The notes: generated from the letters alone by a model not told the origin. Numbered from the stretch's first letter, positions 34,129-43,689 are shown. The stretch is DNA of 64,000 nucleotides from an uncultured Alphaproteobacteria bacterium (GCA_963697785.1 OY969098.1:1107386-1171385), one strand, 5' to 3'. Translations and numbers: made by a program.

Positions 34129-34152
34129 CGTCTGCTCGTTGAGCGCGTGGCC

Positions 34153-35953
34153 TCATGATGAGCATTGCGAAATCGATGCCGCCCTGCGTTGGTCGATGTT
34201 CGTCGCTACCTTCTTCAGCTTGCCCTCCTCGATGCGGAAGGCTCTGGTCAGCCGATCGAACTGTTTCGGGGCGGTGCGTCGCAAGCAGCATTGTCACGTG
34301 CCCTTTGAGCGCTTCTATTCCCTCCAGAACTGTCTGCTCATTTTGTTCGTCGAGCGAGTTCGTCGGTTCGTCCAGGATTAGCAACGCCGGATCACGAAGA
34401 AGAGCGCGCGCCAATGCGAGCCGTTGCCGTTCCCCGCCAGAAAAACGCGCCCCACGATCCCCGACGACTGTGTCCATGTGCCTAGGCAGAGCATTCACGA
34501 ACCTGGCCGCGCCAGACAAGACCAGTGCTTTCATGAGTTCGCTCTCGTCGGCGTCGGGCTTAGCGACGAGCAAATTCGCACGAATGGTGTCGTGAAACAG
34601 AAAAGGATCTTGCGAGACATAGGCGATCGAGGTTCGCCAAGCTCGCGCCAATTCTTCTGTCAACTCATGCTCATCGATCCATATTCTTCCGCTGTCAGGT
34701 CGTAGCAGACCAGCGAGCATGTCGAGCAGCGTGCTCTTGCCGGCGCCTGATGGCCCGGAGACGACCGTGAGCGTTCCGGCCGGCAGGTCGAAAGTGATGT
34801 CCCTCAAAGCCAGCGGGTCGTTTGCGCTATGTCGGAAGCTGACGTGCTCAACGCGAATGCGTCGATCAACCTTTACGGATTTGCGAGACTGACTGACTGG
34901 CATCTCCCGAGCGGCTGTGCAAGCCTTCCAAAGATCGAGAATTGTGTAAGCTGCCGGGGCGGTGTGCAAAAGCTGCTGCGCGGCTTGCTGCAGGGACTGG
35001 GCCAAGGGCAAGAGGCGGTAAAAAATCAGAGCCAGGACCAGGACTTCCGCGACAGGCATGTGCAGCAAAGCGGCGCTTATCCATAGGAACGCGGCGACTG
35101 CGATGGCGCCGGCGATCTCCTGAAACGCTCGGGCGTTGGCCTGACTCGAGACGTAGGAGAGCAGACTGCCTTTGACCTCGTTAATCGCCTCGGCGAAGGC
35201 CGTCACATATAAATCCTCTGAGACACAGCTCTTGGTGATCTTGAGGCCGGCGAGGAACTCCGAGATGCGATGATAGAGTTCTTCGTAAGCGGCTGACAGC
35301 GATTCTCCCAATCGCAAACTCTCAGTGAGACGTCCCCGGGCCAGCCACGCAAGCAAAAAACCAATCGTCAACGCCCCGAGCGCAAGCGCCGGAGCGATTA
35401 AGCATGCGGTGATCACGTAGGCGCCAATCATCATTGCTTGCGCTGGCATCTGCAAAGCGAAGTGAACTGCCGAATTGAGGCGATCGGTTTCTACGGTCAG
35501 GGCGGACAGAAATTCTGAACGGCGCACGTGGCGCAGAAAGGACCAATTCGCATGCGCAATCGCCGAATAGAGATCAATGCGGACGTTGCGAATGAGATCC
35601 AGCCGAAGACTCTCGAGATGGAGGCTGGCCTGGCGATTTATGAGGGAACGAGTCGTCATGAGGGCGACGAATATCGCCAGGACGACAAGTAGATTTGGCC
35701 GGACGCCGAGGCTCTGCAAAAAGTAGGAGAACCATGCCTTCGCGGATCGTCCGGCACCTGCCGTTGGATCGAGCATTTGAAGAAGTGGAACGAGGAGAAA
35801 AAGGGTGAGGGCTTCGGTTAGGCTTGCAGAAAGTACCAAAGTGCCCGCAATGAGCACCCGCCGTGGAGTTGTTCGTTGCAGAAGGAGCTGCCAGAAGCGC
35901 CTGATCTGGCGAACAGCTTCCGGTGCGGAAGCTGGACGTCGTTCGCCACTCAT
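34153..35953 (-). pseudogene. ABC exporter, fused permease/ATPase (lasso D-type), 3' frameshift near 34245
   Basis: Six-TM N-terminal half. Walker A GPSGAGKSTLLDML, signature FSGGERQRLALARAL and Walker B LLILDEPT are present. After THRPETVRSAD the plausible end RIEEGKL.. is off-frame with a stop at 34153. The track ORF extension to 33668 is run-on. Confidence 0.8.
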
Positions 35954-36547
35954 CTTGCAGCCTCCAGAACTCTGCCGCGGCTCTCATCGGCTGTCGTTTG
36001 AGGGTCCGCTGCCGCTTGGCCGAGGGTCGCCCGGAGGCCCAGCTCGAGATCGATCGCGCGCCTCCGAAACAAGGGCTTAGCCCAGCCGAAGATGCTTTGG
36101 GAGCGCCGACGGATCGGCGGGACATGCCGCCGATGCGGAGAAAGCCAAATGACCGATCCATGCAGCACGGCAACAACTCACAACACACGACCATCCGGGG
36201 ATCGCTCGCCATGATAGAAGCCAAAGCCTGAACTTATCCACCGAATTCTAAAGCCAAAGTGCTCGTAGGAACTGCACTGTCCGCGGCTCCCATCTTCGTA
36301 AAAAAAATCTGTGCGAACGCCCAAAGGGCTGATCCCCCTCATTTTCTCTTTCGGGATTCGGCTTTCCTGAACTTTTACCGTTGCGCAGGGGCAACGCAAC
36401 GCCGAAAAGAGAGGAGCTACGTGCTTAAAGATGGCAGAACCGCCTGTGCTCTGCGATCATGAGGGTCTGCTTCGGAGTTCTGGAGCCAAATGGCGGTCTA
36501 ATCTAATTATACCATGGTTTTGTGTGGTCGCCTTTCTGGGGGGAAGG

Positions 36548-36733
36548 ATGTCTGCGAAAAACACCAATGATCGTGCGCCTCATAACAACAGAACGATGTG
36601 CGTGAGACGCTCTTACAAAAAGCCCACATTGATCCAGCATGGGAGTTTGCGCGAGATTACGCGCGCCACTGGCTATGGTGGGAAGTCCGATCATTGCGAC
36701 CCCCACCATTATCCAAATCGCACCCATTTTTAG
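36548..36733 (+). CDS. lasso peptide precursor A2 (61 aa, inside track ORF 36431-36733)
   Basis: MSAKNTNDRAPHNNRTMCVRRSYKKPTLIQHGSLREITR/ATGYGGKSDHCDPHHYPNRTHF. The leader is paralogous to A1 (VRRxYxKPxLxQHGxLxEIT). The core shares T2, G6, K7 and D9 with A1. GGGGGGAAGG lies immediately upstream of the ATG. Confidence 0.7.
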   Translation: MSAKNTNDRAPHNNRTMCVRRSYKKPTLIQHGSLREITRATGYGGKSDHCDPHHYPNRTHF

Positions 36734-36983
36734 GGGTCGGTCGTGATCGGCCTTAGCAGAACAAGCCAAGTTCGCTGACAACACAAAATCCTTGCTTGCT
36801 CGGTCTTGCAGCGAGAGTGCGGCAGATCTCGCAAGGACCGAATCAGCGACTCCGCGATGCATTTGGTCTCAGAAATAAAGTTGAAAAGCTCATCGACATA
36901 CTTTGGAGATGCAAGACTTCGCGCCGCTCAACCGCGTAATACGACCAGGCGAAAATCCGACTGGAAAGTACCAGCGCGCGATG

Positions 36984-37274
36984 TCAGCTGGTCACGCTGC
37001 GACGCTCGCTTGCTGAGTTTGGCGGAAGGCGAGAAATTATTCTTCGGCGTACATGCACAGTCATCAGCCCTAGGAGGTAACCCACTTGCAAACCAACGGC
37101 TACGACTAGGAGCGCGAGCGCGATGCAAGCAACGCTCTTAGAATTCGCAATTCCCACGCCGAGGATGAATGCTCCAGTGACGGCGAACGCGGGGAAAATC
37201 ACAAGCGATTTAAAATGCCATAAGCCGAAGCCGAAGGCGACGCCGCCGAGCCCTGCCAAGATCACGAGTTGCAT
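36984..37274 (-). CDS. small three-TM membrane protein
   Basis: ATG is preceded by AGGAGAAG. MQLVILAGLGGVAFGFGLWHFKSLVIFPAFAVTGAFILGVGIANSKSVACIALALLVVAVGLQVGYLLGL. Confidence 0.45.
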   Translation of the reverse strand: MQLVILAGLGGVAFGFGLWHFKSLVIFPAFAVTGAFILGVGIANSKSVACIALALLVVAVGLQVGYLLGLMTVHVRRRIISRLPPNSASERRSVTS

Positions 37275-37451
37275 AACTTCTCCTACGGAAACGCCCCCAC
37301 GCCCGCGGATCGCAACTTAGCGTGACCGTCTCACATAATCCGGCCCGAAGCAAGGTGACACCCGCGATGCTACGCGGCGCAAGAATTGAGAAATTGAGTT
37401 CCAGACCTATATCGACGTCACTTTCCGCCTTTAACGTGAGTGTCTGCACTT

Positions 37452-37994
37452 TCAAATCCTAGCGCGCGTAGATACGGATCGGTGCTGTTCCAAAGTTCGT
37501 TGGGATTTCGTATGGCGCGAAGAGACCTGGAATATCCGAATATCCGAATATCCGAAGATCAGCAGAACGGCTGGGAGATTTGGCCGCACGCCGATGCTTC
37601 GCAATAGGCGGGGCAGCCATGGAATTACACCGTGTCCCGCACTCGGATCAAGCATCTGAAGAAGCGGAACCAGCAGGAAAAGCGCTAGAGCTTCACTCAA
37701 GCTTGCAAGAAGCGCCAGGATGCCAGCAACGAGAATCCGGCCCGCACCCGCTCGCTCGACGAATATGCGCCAAAAACGCACGATCTGGCCGACGGCCTCC
37801 GATATCGAACCTTCACTCCCTTCGTCTTTCACTTTGATAGGCCCCAGAGGCGGTTTCTGTCGGCTCTTTTTGGAGAGTTCACGTCTGCGAGCTAGCAGGA
37901 GACGCGGCTCGAAATCAATGATGCAAAGCTCGGTGAAGTCCTTCGACGGCGCTTCATGTTTGCCCCAGCTGACCTGAACTTGAGGATAAGCCAT
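37452..37994 (-). pseudogene. 5' remnant of a second ABC exporter gene (paralog of 34153-35953)
   Basis: EAVGQIVRFWRIF..RILVAGILALLASLSEALALFLLVPLLQMLDPSAG..SIGVRPNL aligns with EAVRQIRRFWQLL..RVLIAGTLVLSASLTEALTLFLLVPLLQMLDPTAG..SLGVRPNL. Homology stops at the tandem repeat at 37530. Confidence 0.6.
37530..37560. repeat. 8-bp tandem repeat GAATATCC x3 plus a partial fourth copy
   Basis: Read directly: gaatatcc gaatatcc gaatatcc gaagatc. It sits exactly where homology of the ABC remnant ends. Confidence 0.9.
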
Positions 37995-38212
37995 AGCTTG
38001 GCTGAAAGACCGTGCTACGTGGGCCTACCATGCGATGGCCGGCGCCGGTCGGTTTCTGCACAGCGATTCCCGCTGGGTCCAAGCGCAACGTTGCACAAGA
38101 GCAACGGGACACCGAAAACCTGTCGCCGCGCCTTATTTCTCCTTGCTCGCACCTGCGAGATCGTTAACAATTAGTAAGCATTCGAAGTATATTCGAGCCG
38201 TGAGTAATAGTC

Positions 38213-39685
38213 ATGGCGCTTTTCGTTCCGGTTTCCAGAGCGCGTACGGTATACAATGTTGAATTGTACGATGTATTTTGCGTCGCTGCCGCGCCATGGC
38301 TAGCTTTTGCGCTCCGCGATACGCGATTTTTTGGGCCGCCACTGGTAAGCCAGGGAATCGTTTATTGGTGTATTTCTTTTGTTTCTGGGGCCGCTATTCT
38401 TTACTCATCGGGGATAGGCGGCATCATCTGTAAGTACTTTTCGGCCGCAGATTGCAAACGCATTGTTCTGGCGGCCTTCATTTCGGTTTCGATCGCTTCG
38501 ATGGTGGCGTTTACGGTCACGAGACTGAACACCATTCCGCGTTCTTTGCCAGTTATTCAGTTTTTCCTAGTTGGATGTTTGTTGATTGGTGGTCGGCTCG
38601 TCCGGGCCGGATTAGCGCGCGGAGAGTTGACCGAAGGTCGCAACGTTCACGCGCAAGTCGACGACAATGTAATCATCGTTGGAGCGAACCACGTCACGAC
38701 CTTCTACACCCGCTTGATTGAAAAATGCGGGTTGGGACGTCAGCGGGTTTTGGCGATCGTCGATCCCGACCCGCGTTTGCGGAATCAAACGGTCGGCGGA
38801 CATCGCGTCATTGGAACGCCAGAGGATCTGCCAGCGATCCTGCACGAGTACAAAACTCATGGTATTGAAATTCGCAAACTCGTCGTCACGATCGAGCGGT
38901 CGCAATTGTCTCAAACCGTGCTGCAATGTCTGCACGCCGACAGCTCGGTTGGCCAACATATAGACGTCGAATTCCTTGTTGAACGGCTGGGGTTTGCGGC
39001 GAAAGACTATGCGCGCGCACAAGAAACTGAAGCGGTAGTCGGGTCGCAAGTGGATAGCTCGATGATTGCCTCTGGTCATAGAGGCTACTGGGCAGCGAAA
39101 CGCGCAGTCGATATCATCGTGGCAGGTTGTTTGTTAGTTGTTCTAAGCCCGGCGCTGTTAATCACCGCCCTAATGGTGCGTGTCGCGATCGGCTCGCCAG
39201 TTATCTTCTGGCAGCGACGGGTGGGGCGTCTGGGGGTTGGGATCTTCGTATTCAAGTTCCGAACGATGAATGCGCCTTTTGACGCGCTCGGCAATTTCCG
39301 TGAGCGATATGAGGAACCTGGCTCCATAGGCGCTCTTTTGCGTCATATGCGGGTCGATGAGTTGCCGCAGCTCTTGAATATTCTGCGGGGCGATATGTCG
39401 CTGATCGGGCCGCGTCCTTTGTTGCCAGAGGACCAGCCGTCAGACAATCAAATACGTCTTCTTGTAAGGCCTGGTATAACGGGTTGGGCACAGGTGAACG
39501 GTGGTAATCTAATTACGACCGAAAAAAAGAACGTGCTGGACGAATATTACGTGCGTCACGCATCACTGTCGCTCGATGCCAAGATTCTGCTGAAAACGGT
39601 GCCGATCGTATTTACTGGCGACCGTCTTCCCGACGACGATGACGAAATGGGCGTTAGAAGTTCACGACAGTTGAGGGGCGTATAG
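38213..39685 (+). CDS. polyprenyl-phosphate glycosyl-1-phosphate transferase (bacterial sugar transferase, WbaP/ExoY-type initiating enzyme)
   Basis: Intact 490 aa with N-terminal TM helices. The C-terminal domain has KRAVDIIVAGCLLVVLSP, GSPVIFWQRRVGRLG..FKFRTM, DELPQLLNILRGDMSLIGPRP and RPGITGWAQVNG. Confidence 0.85.
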   Translation: MALFVPVSRARTVYNVELYDVFCVAAAPWLAFALRDTRFFGPPLVSQGIVYWCISFVSGAAILYSSGIGGIICKYFSAADCKRIVLAAFISVSIASMVAFTVTRLNTIPRSLPVIQFFLVGCLLIGGRLVRAGLARGELTEGRNVHAQVDDNVIIVGANHVTTFYTRLIEKCGLGRQRVLAIVDPDPRLRNQTVGGHRVIGTPEDLPAILHEYKTHGIEIRKLVVTIERSQLSQTVLQCLHADSSVGQHIDVEFLVERLGFAAKDYARAQETEAVVGSQVDSSMIASGHRGYWAAKRAVDIIVAGCLLVVLSPALLITALMVRVAIGSPVIFWQRRVGRLGVGIFVFKFRTMNAPFDALGNFRERYEEPGSIGALLRHMRVDELPQLLNILRGDMSLIGPRPLLPEDQPSDNQIRLLVRPGITGWAQVNGGNLITTEKKNVLDEYYVRHASLSLDAKILLKTVPIVFTGDRLPDDDDEMGVRSSRQLRGV

Positions 39686-39801
39686 GTGGCAGACTTGCAG
39701 ACCGTCTAGCGCCGGGGGCTTACGATGCTGATCGAAGGATCCACCGCCCGAACTCAAAGGCGTCCTTTGTGTCGAACTGGCTTTACGAGAAATTCGCGTT
39801 G

Positions 39802-40365
39802 CTAACGCCCGATAAATAGATGCACGGCCACGTCGATTCCCAGCGCAACCGTCAACGCAGAAATGACCCACGTCAGCAATTTGACCTTTCTTAACGCCCT
39901 GTCCAGGTCGCCCGCAATAACAACGAGCAACTCCCCGGATACGAGCCATCGCTCGGAGTCTGCACCTTCGCTATTCGGGAGCTTCGCAGAGTAGGTCGCT
40001 TCATGACCCGCTAGCTCGTGAGGAGGCGCGATCAGCTGAGATGCATGGCTCATCCAAACTCCGATCCAGTTCGCTGACCTATCCGGAATGCTTCGCAGCG
40101 TTCTTTTCAGCTTCCGCATAACTCTATGGCAAAGATCTTCACATTTGGTTAACCCTATCTTTTCCATGCGCCGTCCTGCGCTTTCCAGAGCAGAAAGCTC
40201 GGGATGGGCCGTCAAAGATAGACGACTTGGATCATTTGGGATCGCTCCCTGAGAAAAGGCGAGGGGGTGCGGGGCGTCGACTGTCGCGATGAAGAACAAG
40301 CTTCGAAGCCATGTCCTTCGGAAACGCGCCAGCGGCAGTTCGAGGTAGTTTTCCCTGGATTCCAA
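39802..40365 (-). CDS. hypothetical protein with C-terminal TM helix
   Basis: 187-aa ORF with no recognisable motif. Confidence 0.25.
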   Translation of the reverse strand: MESRENYLELPLARFRRTWLRSLFFIATVDAPHPLAFSQGAIPNDPSRLSLTAHPELSALESAGRRMEKIGLTKCEDLCHRVMRKLKRTLRSIPDRSANWIGVWMSHASQLIAPPHELAGHEATYSAKLPNSEGADSERWLVSGELLVVIAGDLDRALRKVKLLTWVISALTVALGIDVAVHLFIGR

Positions 40366-40429
40366 GGTCTATGGGACAGAAGAACTCTGACAGAGTTCCA
40401 GCGCGTTATCCCTACCATACCCTTCGGCT

Positions 40430-40944
40430 AGGTCCGTCGGCGGTGATCGTCGCTTCCCAGAGCACCAAGGCAGCTCGAAAAGAGGCTCGTCGATCGATCC
40501 GCAGGCTTCGATGCGGGCAAGAAGGTCACGGGCCGCAAGCGTCACATCCTCGTCGATACGCTCGGTCTCCTTCTCGGCGTAAGCGTTCTGCCTGCCGACA
40601 TTCAGGACCGCGATAACGGGCGCGATCTGTTACGGCGTGTGCGGCGGCGTTTTCCTTTTATTGAACGCATCTTCGCCGACGCGGGATATCAGGGAGCAAA
40701 AATGGCGACTACCATTATCGCCACCGGAAGCTGGAAGATTGAGATCGTCAAGCGTTCCGACCATCGCCGCTTCGTCGTCGTGCCAAAGCGATGGGTCGTG
40801 GAGCGAAGCTTCGCATGGTTCAGCCGTATCCATCGTCTCGGTCGCGACTTCGAACGTTATGCGGCAACCGTCGCCGCCTTCGTCCACCTCGCCATGATCC
40901 GCCTAATGCTCAAACGCCAGACCAGGCCAAGCCCTTGCTCGTGA
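40430..40944 (+). mobile_element. IS5-family transposase, C-terminal half, frame-disrupted remnant
   Basis: FDAGKKVTGRKRHILVDTLGLLLGVSVLPADIQDRD is off-frame. RRFPFIERIFADAGYQG..WVVERSFAWFSRIHRLGRDFERYAATVAAFVHLAMIRLMLKR is in ORF 40639-40944. The N-terminal half is absent. Confidence 0.75.
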
Positions 40945-41067
40945 ATCCATTCGGATCGGTTCTCATCGCGTTCGAGGGATGATCGGGATATCTTAAACGC
41001 GCCCCTTGTACGGAGCGGGCGGATCGGCTCGCGGAAGTTGCGCGACTTTCGTCTGATCGTAATGCAA

Positions 41068-41083
41068 ATTCGCATATGCGAAT
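41068..41083. promoter_or_regulatory. perfect 16-bp palindrome ATTCGCATATGCGAAT upstream of the FAD oxidoreductase gene
   Basis: Read directly. The 3' end is 38 nt upstream of the ATG at 41122. An operator role is inference only. Confidence 0.35.
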
Positions 41084-41121
41084 CGTAATCCAAATCTAGC
41101 CTTGAGGTCGGATCAGGATCT

Positions 41122-42246
41122 ATGGAAATTACCACGGTTCAAACCGCAGTCATTGGAGCCGGAGTAATCGGCCTAGCGATTGGAGCAGAACTCGCCCGAA
41201 CGGGTGACAAGGTATTGATCTTGGAGAGCGCTAAAGTGATTGGCAGCGGAATTTCATCGCGCGGCAGCCACGTCATTCACAGCGGCATCTATTACCCGGA
41301 AGAGCAGTTGAAATGCCAATTATGCATTGAAGGAAGACATCTGCTTTACTCGTATTGCGACACTCACAAAATTGCCTACCGCAAATGTGGAAAACTTGTC
41401 GTCGCGACGTGCGACGTCGAAGTGCCAAAGGTCGAGACTATCGCGAGGCAGGCCCAACGTAATGGCATCGAAAATTCGAAGCTTATCGAGGGTAGGGAGT
41501 TGCGCCGGCTCGAAGGGGAGCTTGCGGCGATAGCTGCCTTGTATGTGCCGGACACCGGAATCATCGATGCTTATGCTTACATGTCGGTACTTGCTGGCGA
41601 GATAAAAAATGCAGGTGGAACTATTTTATGTGAACACACTGTTATAAGCGGATCGTGCGGCTCCCATCATTTTGAGATCGAAGTAGACAGCCCTTTTGGA
41701 TCCATGCGAGTTAATGCAAAAAGGCTTGTGCTTGCGGCAGGTCTACGATCGCATGAGCTCGCCAAGCGTCTCGAGGGTTACGAATTCGCCGCAGTGCCGC
41801 CGTTGACCTTGGCGAAGGGATCCTACTTTTCGTATTTCGGAGCGGCACCTTTTGTGCACCTGATTTATCCAGTACCCAACGATGGAGGACTCGGCATACA
41901 TCTCACATTCGACCTTAAAGGCAATGTTCGTTTCGGGCCGGATGTCGAATGGCTCGATACGAGCGATCCGGAACAAATCAACTTTGCAGTGGACGAAAGC
42001 CGCTCGTGCTCTTATTTCGAATCGATCAAGCGATATTGGCCGGGATTGCCTGAAGGAAGTCTTTCACCAGCATACTCTGGCGTCAGGCCAAAACTTTCTC
42101 GTCATGGTGAACCTGCTGCCGACTTTCTTATTCATGGACCGAAAGAACACGGTATTCCGAATTTTGTATCGCTATATGGGATCGAGAGCCCAGGTCTTAC
42201 GTCGTCGCTTGCTCTCGCGCGTTACGTGGCGCGATTGTTGAACTAG
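41122..42246 (+). CDS. FAD-dependent oxidoreductase, L-2-hydroxyglutarate oxidase/dehydrogenase-like (DAO family)
   Basis: Intact. Dinucleotide fold VIGAGVIGLAIGAELARTGDKVLILE, plus SHVIHSGIYYP, CGKLVVAT, LIYPVPNDGGLGIHLT and YSGVRPKL. GC is visibly lower than in the neighbours. Confidence 0.75.
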   Translation: MEITTVQTAVIGAGVIGLAIGAELARTGDKVLILESAKVIGSGISSRGSHVIHSGIYYPEEQLKCQLCIEGRHLLYSYCDTHKIAYRKCGKLVVATCDVEVPKVETIARQAQRNGIENSKLIEGRELRRLEGELAAIAALYVPDTGIIDAYAYMSVLAGEIKNAGGTILCEHTVISGSCGSHHFEIEVDSPFGSMRVNAKRLVLAAGLRSHELAKRLEGYEFAAVPPLTLAKGSYFSYFGAAPFVHLIYPVPNDGGLGIHLTFDLKGNVRFGPDVEWLDTSDPEQINFAVDESRSCSYFESIKRYWPGLPEGSLSPAYSGVRPKLSRHGEPAADFLIHGPKEHGIPNFVSLYGIESPGLTSSLALARYVARLLN

Positions 42247-42335
42247 GCGACACCACTGTGTTTGTTTCCCTCTTGCGCACTAGGAACTTCGCCGATCGCG
42301 TTAAATCGCTGTCGCCGCCGGAAATCTTCTGCCTA

Positions 42336-43103
42336 TCAGCGAGAAATATCACAGCGGCGCACCAGCCAATCCCAAATCAGGAAGGGCGAATAAAAGAAAA
42401 GGATGAACCCAGCACCGAGCGGGATCATTTCGCCGATGTAATAGGGCCACGGCGCAAAGAAATCGAGCAAAGACGGTCGTGCGGGCTTGGCTGCCAGGTA
42501 GCCGAAATTTGTGCCGAAAAGGGCATTCACGGCGATTGCCGCAGCTAGATAGACGAACGACCAGGCGATGACGCGCGGAATCGAGGATGGCCAGGGGCGC
42601 ATTCGCAGGCCAAGGGTGAGAAATAGCACCGATGCGATGACCCCGCCGTGGCGTATGAAGAAGATCAAGAACTGCGGATCGGGAAAGTCGACTGGGAGAT
42701 CCGGTGTGAGCAAGGCTTGCAGCGTTCCGCCTAAGGCCCAGAAATAGGCGAGTTCGTAAGTCCATTGATTGGGTCGAATAAGGGTGATGGTCACAACAAT
42801 CGTCGCCCAGTCGCATAATTGCATGGGCAGAATCATAAGGACTGAAGGCCATCTCCTTTGGTACTGAAGAGCAAACCACAGCGCCCAGCTGCCGAGCAGA
42901 ACTGCCGCCAAGCCCCAACGGATCGCTGCGACAAGCTTGGGATCCCGCCATGCCCGCGCAATCCCAACCAAGACCAAAGACGTGACGAATGTCGCGCCAA
43001 GCGCGCTAACGTGACTGGCCCCAAATAGGACAAACGGTCCGTCTGCTCCATCCCAATGCGGAGCGAATCCCATCTCGCCAAAGTAGGTTGCGGCCGCGGT
43101 CAT
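42336..43103 (-). CDS. polytopic membrane protein (TIGR02206/YwaF-like, tentative)
   Basis: Intact 255 aa with about 7 TM segments. The family name is from memory of similar sequences and is not verified. Confidence 0.45.
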   Translation of the reverse strand: MTAAATYFGEMGFAPHWDGADGPFVLFGASHVSALGATFVTSLVLVGIARAWRDPKLVAAIRWGLAAVLLGSWALWFALQYQRRWPSVLMILPMQLCDWATIVVTITLIRPNQWTYELAYFWALGGTLQALLTPDLPVDFPDPQFLIFFIRHGGVIASVLFLTLGLRMRPWPSSIPRVIAWSFVYLAAAIAVNALFGTNFGYLAAKPARPSLLDFFAPWPYYIGEMIPLGAGFILFFYSPFLIWDWLVRRCDISR

Positions 43104-43441
43104 TTGGCCTTTGCCATGGATGCGTTGAGCGATCGAGTTTATGCGCGTTGCCGGAGACGCAAACGGCGCTGCCTCGCAAGTCTTGGTCCGGGGACGTTCG
43201 CTAGGTTGTTCTCCTGAAGCAAAAGGTTCAAGATGTCCGCTCTGTCAATCTATGTACCTATACCGTCCGACATATCTGCATCGCAGGGACTAAATGCCCT
43301 CGCAACCGTTGGATCGGAGCGGGATTGTTTTCGGCGAATGGATGAATGGCTATGAGCCAACCGACGAAATTCGAAGATGGAAGCGATCCCTCAGCTCTTC
43401 CACATCGGCGCAGCTTTTGGATCAACGGACTGCCTATCTCG

Positions 43442-43680
43442 TCAAGTCTGTGCGCTGCTGGATATTTTGGCTTCCTTTGAAGGCTTTAGGTCGACTTGGG
43501 CCTCATATTCCTGATCGAGTTCCTTCTTTGCGGCCGAGAGCTGACGGGGCTCGAACTCAGAGAACTTGATTGGCTTGCATCGTTCGGCGGCACGGGTGAG
43601 CGCGCCAAACATCAGCTTCAACACGGCCCGCACGCCGAAGGCGTTCGGAATGCATGGGGGCGAGAGCCACCTACGTTGGC
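43442..43680 (-). mobile_element. C-terminal remnant of a transposase (family uncertain)
   Basis: IPNAFGVRAVLKLMFGALTRAAERCKPIKFSEFEPRQLSAAKKELDQEYE resembles transposase C-termini. There is no upstream body. It abuts the truncated sugar-transferase paralog. Confidence 0.35.
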
Positions 43681-43689
43681 AGGAAAAAT

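Noticed and set aside
33668-34152. The 761-aa track ORF 33668-35953 suggests an ABC transporter with a ~160-aa C-terminal extension.
   Set aside because: After THRPETVRSAD the text becomes low-complexity run-on (..PPPPRRIHHSFHRG..) and is antisense to the nucleotidyltransferase gene. A normal ABC ending (RIEEGKL..) exists one frame over, with a stop at 34153.
35950-36168. A 72-aa minus-strand ORF overlapping the ABC exporter start by ATGA, as a separate small gene.
   Set aside because: It is Arg/Pro-rich and low in complexity. Its only support is similarity to the in-frame upstream part of the exporter remnant at 37.8-38.0 kb. That fits a frameshifted N-terminal extension or a conserved 5' region better than an independent gene.
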